Under the pieces are notes generated by a model that worked only from the letters and a program-made list of their open reading frames with translations, did not search any database and had not been told where the DNA came from. The translations under genes and the position numbers were made by a program. 64,000 nucleotides of DNA from Alkalispirochaeta sp. (lineage in GTDB: Bacteria > Spirochaetota > Spirochaetia > DSM-27196 > Alkalispirochaetaceae), in NCBI GenBank assembly GCA_965601925.1, contig OZ271854.1:3808001-3872000 (forward strand). Direction: 5' to 3'. Within the stretch, counting starts at the first letter, position 1. Every line of letters starts with the position of its first letter. Shown in pieces: positions 60,370 through 64,000 of this stretch.

Positions 60370-61172
60370 TGGCCGATTCTACACCGAATGCCGACGAACA
60401 ACGGCACGTCCTCCAAGAGTATCTCGATGCCGCGAGAGAGTTCGCCCGCGTCGGAGGCGCGGTCAGCCTCGGATGGTTTCGCGCCGATGCCCTCGAGGTC
60501 GAACGGAAAGCCGACGATTCGCCGGTGACCGTTGCCGACCGCCGAACTGAGGAGGCGATGCGCGAGGCGATACAACGACGCTTTCCGGACCACGCAATCG
60601 TCGGAGAGGAGTTCGGCGGCGAGCTGGGAGCGAGCCGTTACCAGTGGGTGATCGATCCCATCGACGGCACCAAGACATTCGTCCGGGGCGTTCCGCTCTA
60701 TACGACGCTCGTCGCCCTCGTTGTCGACGGAAAGCCGACTATCGGAGTGATTTACTGTCCTCCTACCGGCGAGATGGCCTCTGCGGCGGTCGGTTGCGGA
60801 GCGTGGGACGAACGAGGACGACGCATACACGTCTCCGGTACGACACGCCTGGACGAGGCGTGGTTTTTCTCGACCGATCCCGCCGATTTGCTGCGACGCC
60901 ACCCGGAGTGGGGACATGCGCTCCTATCGCGAAGTGCCGCAGTGCGAACGTGGGCCGACGCATACGGATATCTACTCCTCGCCCGTGGTGACGCCGATCT
61001 CATGTTCGATCCGATTATGAGCCCCTGGGATATCGCACCGCTCTCGGTGATCGTTAGAGAAGCGGGTGGTGTCTTCACCGATGATACGGGCGCGCATAAC
61101 GATTTAGGTGCCTCGGCGCTCTGCGCGTCCAGCCGTGCCCTCCACGACGCGGCATTGCGCCTGCGCCGCTGA
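60369..61172 (+). CDS. Inositol monophosphatase family protein, probable histidinol-phosphatase (HisN-like)
   Basis: KADDSPVTVADR, GEE, WVIDPIDGTKTF, WDIAP. Confidence 0.85.
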   Translation: MADSTPNADEQRHVLQEYLDAAREFARVGGAVSLGWFRADALEVERKADDSPVTVADRRTEEAMREAIQRRFPDHAIVGEEFGGELGASRYQWVIDPIDGTKTFVRGVPLYTTLVALVVDGKPTIGVIYCPPTGEMASAAVGCGAWDERGRRIHVSGTTRLDEAWFFSTDPADLLRRHPEWGHALLSRSAAVRTWADAYGYLLLARGDADLMFDPIMSPWDIAPLSVIVREAGGVFTDDTGAHNDLGASALCASSRALHDAALRLRR

Positions 61173-61189
61173 CGGATATCCCGCGTCTC

Positions 61190-61219
61190 TTGACGTCGTT
61201 GAGCGAAGCTCACTATCAT
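61190..61219 (+). promoter_or_regulatory. Putative ssrA promoter
   Basis: TTGACG-18 nt-TATCAT ending 12 nt before the mature 5' end. Confidence 0.6.
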
Positions 61220-61231
61220 TATGAGATGCTC

Positions 61232-61586
61232 GGGGGTGTTCCGGATTCGACTGGGGCTACATTGAGCGGTACGTGGCAGGTGGAGCGTCATCTCCTGATT
61301 GACACCTTTTTATCTGCCAACGAAGCAGACTATCTTCCTGTTGCTGCGTAAGTAGTATAATAGGACGGGCGCGCGGGGCGCGGTTCTGAGCCTCGCGTAG
61401 CTTGACAGAAACCAGGACTTACCGCCGGCTCTTTCCGGCGTGTCGGTGGGACATCAAAAGTCGGAATCGGGCGGCGATTGGCCCGTTTGGCCGCCGAAAT
61501 CGCCGCCGACACTGTAAGGCTGAACTAAGCCTGTAGAAGCGTATCGCCGGTACCTTAGGACAGGGGTTCGACTCCCCTCACCTCCA
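61232..61586 (+). ncRNA. ssrA: tmRNA
   Basis: 5' GGGGGTG..GGATTCGAC; T-arm AGGGG-TTCGACT-CCCCT; acceptor GGGGGTG/CACCTCC-A with G3.U; internal tag ORF; smpB nearby; full CCA not encoded. Confidence 0.97.
61316..61351 (+). other. tmRNA proteolysis tag frame (A)ANEADYLPVAA
   Basis: GCC AAC GAA GCA GAC TAT CTT CCT GTT GCT GCG TAA; ends in AA like typical tags. Confidence 0.88.
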
Positions 61587-61594
61587 CGTTTCGT

Positions 61595-61629
61595 AGCGCT
61601 GTAGAACAGAACCTGCAGCGCTTTTTTTT
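61595..61629 (+). terminator. Intrinsic terminator of ssrA
   Basis: AGCGCTGTAG...CTGCAGCGC followed by T8. Confidence 0.85.
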
Positions 61630-62689
61630 GTCGTGCGAGAAGCCGGCTCAAAGGGCCTCTTCTGTTTTGTAACCAACGCATAACATTATGTCGGTGCCAT
61701 TACTGAAACCACGAGCCTGAGAGGCTGCCGCCGCCGAGTTATCATCCGGTCGATATAGACCCAAATACATTCTACTCCCTTACCAAGACTATCGTGTCGG
61801 CGGTGTGGGATCTGGCGGACGTCTCGTGGTAAATACTCCGCTACCATCTGAGATAGGACAATTTTGAAAGTCCTTTGCGAAGTAGAATCGCGTGGCATTT
61901 TTGGCTGACAAACCGTTGAAATCTGCTACGGTTTTGCAATCGATCTCGCTATCTTCGAACCCGGCTGCAAGAATAACGTGTGGGAAAACGGGTAGGATCA
62001 AATGATCATCGTAATGATCAGCTACGATGAACTGACCGCTCGACGCGGTCAGCCTTCCCCACTTCTGGTCTCGCAGTGTCAAGGACTGCTGCATTATCGC
62101 AACTTGTATCTGATCGCCAACAAAAAATCGACTGGGAACTGATCCACCGTCGCGCAAAAAACTTACGCCTGCGACCTCAGCTTTTTCTTCTTGATCTTTA
62201 CTCAAATCAGAAACAGAGTGATCAAAACCTACGAGGGGAGTATCGTCTTTTATTTTCTGATCAAAGTGATATCGCCATTTCAAGAGTAACCAATACTCTG
62301 TGACTGTTAGGTGATCTCAAAGCTTGAAGTCAGTCCAATTACTTGTTTCCTCCAAGAACTTGTCTTCAATCGACTTCGCATAGCCGCCCTCTGACCGTTG
62401 GTCCCAAACTCTCTTGGTAAAGAAAATGCGTTCTCGAGGGCCGCGTGTTTGCACCTTGCCAGAATCCCTGTAGCGAACCTGAACTTTTCCGTTCTGGCCG
62501 CAGAAACGACTGATCGTGGCGGCCATGTGAATGTGTTGGTTGACAGTAATCTGATTGGGATTACTTTGCTGCGTTTTTTCGTAATCTGACATGTTTGTTC
62601 ATGTGCTACTACTCGATCACCACGCAGGCGGATAGTCGGGTGGCAACGCGATTTCAGGCGCTCCTCCCGCCAAGCATTGGTGCACCACC
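61630..62689. mobile_element. Low-GC foreign islet/remnant between ssrA and guaA (no integrase or att duplication seen)
   Basis: Hand counts of three 60-nt lines gave 37-42% GC versus 63% for a guaA line; lies between two known integration-target genes. Confidence 0.55.
61789..62592 (-). pseudogene. DUF4238-like gene interrupted by one in-frame TGA (62317-62319)
   Basis: ORFs 62317-62592 and 61789-62283 share a frame (...TDFKL*DHLTVTEYWLLLKWRYH...), 267 codons in total; N-terminal NQHI...ISRF resembles the DUF4238 motif (family call from recall). Confidence 0.65.
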
Positions 62690-62945
62690 TCCCTCTCCCC
62701 ACCGATCCACCAAGCGGCCCCGGGTACGAAGGTTCACGCGCGTGGGATGATGGTGGCGATGAGCACGACTTCTGGCCCGGAGGGCCTGCTGAGTGCTCGG
62801 CGACACCGTCGTCCCGCTTCCCTTTCCCCCACAGTCCACAAAGCGGTGTCGGGCGCGGGAGCTGCCTCAGGAGGTGGGTGGTGGTGGCGGACGCGGCTTC
62901 TGACCCGCAGGGTCTGCATGAGCGTCCGCCGCCGCCGCCCGCGCT
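62690..62945 (+). repeat. Two tandem ~130-nt structured elements with covarying hairpins
   Basis: Shared leader TCCCTyTCCCC..TCCACmAAGCGG and shared hairpin architecture at 62742-62817 and 62874-62942. Confidence 0.85.
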
Positions 62946-62981
62946 CGTGGTTATCACACCCACCCTCGAGCACGCACCGTA

Positions 62982-64000
62982 CTATTCCCATTCGATCGTC
63001 GCCGGCGGCTTTCCTGAGTAGTCGTAGACGACGCGACCCACCTGAGGAACTCTGTTGGTTATTGCCGCCGCGACGTTCCGTAGAAACTCCGGCTTGAAGT
63101 CGTATACGTCGGCGGTCATACCGTCGCGCGAGACGACCGCCCGCAGTGCGATGACGTCGCCGTACGCTCGGCTGTCTCCGGCAACGCCCACCGACCGAAT
63201 CGGCAGGAGGACCGAGAGGGCTTGCCATATCTCGTCGTACAGACCGGCGTCGCGAAGTGCTTGGATGAAGATCGCGTCCGCCTCGCGCAGTATCGCGCAC
63301 CGCTCCCTCGTAACCTCCCCCAGGATTCGCACCCCCAGTCCGGGACCCGGGAAGGGGTGACGTCCGACGATGGTGCGAGGAAGACCGAGCACCGCGCCGA
63401 GTTCGCGTACCTCGTCTTTGTACAGTGCGGAGAGCGGCTCGACGATGCTGCCGGCTTCGCGTTTGGCCTGTACCAGGGGACTCGCGACGTTATGATGGCT
63501 CTTTATTTTCGCCGCGTGATTACCTACGCCGTGACCGCTCTCGATCAGGTCGGTATACAGCGTCCCCTGCGCCAGATAGTACTCGCCGTCCAGGCGTGTG
63601 GCGATCTCGCGTTCCTGCACCCGAATGAAGAGATCGCCTATGATAGTGCGCTTCTCCTCAGGATCGGTAACGCCCGCCAGCGCATCGAGAAACTCGTCTT
63701 CGGCGTCAATGAGGTAAAGATTGCGCGCTCCCAACGTGCGTAGCGCTGCGCCGATCTCTTCGGATTCGTTTTTTCGCATGAGACCGGTATCGATGTACAT
63801 CAGATGAATCCGGTCGGGGTCGAGAGCGGAGAGGAGCAACGCGGCTACGACCGATGAGTCGACGCCTCCCGAAATGAGGAGCAGCACGGGAGTCGAGCCG
63901 ACGCGACGACGAGTCTCCTCCTCCAGCTCCCCTCGATAGTCGGCGACCGACCACTGCCGTCGCGCACCGCATACGCGGGTTGCGAAGTTATCAAGAATGA
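62982..64000 (-). CDS. guaA: GMP synthase (glutamine-hydrolysing), 3' part; 5' end lies beyond the window
   Basis: SGGVDS, QGTLYTDLIES, IKSHHNV, RHPFPGPGLGVR, KPPATIEWE; frame open to the window edge. Confidence 0.98.
   Translation of the reverse strand, partial: ILDNFATRVCGARRQWSVADYRGELEEETRRRVGSTPVLLLISGGVDSSVVAALLLSALDPDRIHLMYIDTGLMRKNESEEIGAALRTLGARNLYLIDAEDEFLDALAGVTDPEEKRTIIGDLFIRVQEREIATRLDGEYYLAQGTLYTDLIESGHGVGNHAAKIKSHHNVASPLVQAKREAGSIVEPLSALYKDEVRELGAVLGLPRTIVGRHPFPGPGLGVRILGEVTRERCAILREADAIFIQALRDAGLYDEIWQALSVLLPIRSVGVAGDSRAYGDVIALRAVVSRDGMTADVYDFKPEFLRNVAAAITNRVPQVGRVVYDYSGKPPATIEWE

Noticed and set aside
61561..61590. tRNA gene or att-site duplication
   Set aside because: It is the tRNA-like 3' end of tmRNA; no second copy of it or of the guaA 3' end was found in the window
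61677..61745. GATAAC...GTTATGC on the minus strand as an attC downstream of the DUF4238-like gene
   Set aside because: Only 5 bp of R-box complementarity and no convincing L boxes
62690..62945. Tandem units as a CRISPR array, SRP RNA, SECIS or hairpin/hammerhead ribozyme
   Set aside because: Only two long diverged units and no cas genes; the SRP helix-8 motif, hammerhead GAAA core and hairpin-ribozyme loop B are missing; wrong strand and position for a SECIS
62307..63300. ORFs spanning the hairpin repeats (62307-62963, 62677-63021, 62734-63300, 62747-63097)
   Set aside because: Low-complexity translations overlapping guaA or the pseudogene; the conservation pattern follows base pairing, not codons

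Overview
High-GC (sampled coding lines ~60-65%) chromosomal window from a free-living spirochaete (Spirochaetaceae-like). The assignment rests on the ~900-aa long-form GreA, tamB-bamA-skp-mutS synteny, paired lepB genes next to hemW, and conserved spirochaete TPR/HEAT genes. Most of the window is housekeeping: scpAB-rluB-cmk-rpsA, recA, prs, rpe, greA, rimP-nusA-infB-rbfA-truB-ribF-rpsO-pnp-dut-lptFG-tgt-murJ, yebC-ruvCAB-queA, smpB-ssrA and guaA. Unusual parts: (1) a low-GC islet between the convergent ssrA and guaA 3' ends, carrying a DUF4238-like gene broken by one in-frame TGA, next to two tandem ~130-nt elements that fold into the same long hairpin with compensatory base changes; (2) a GAF/sigma-54 activator, TPR protein, CHASE2 adenylate cyclase and lipoprotein appended to the rpsA operon, possibly a cAMP-to-sigma54 circuit; (3) three back-to-back inverted repeats between bamA and skp; (4) a lycopene cyclase plus CruF-like hydratase pair; (5) several apparently leaderless genes; (6) degenerate enzymes (signal peptidase paralogue without its catalytic dyad, RibF without kinase motifs, TGT without zinc cysteines). 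No rRNA, tRNA, CRISPR array, integrase or transposase was seen. All calls come from motif recognition by eye; no database searches were run.
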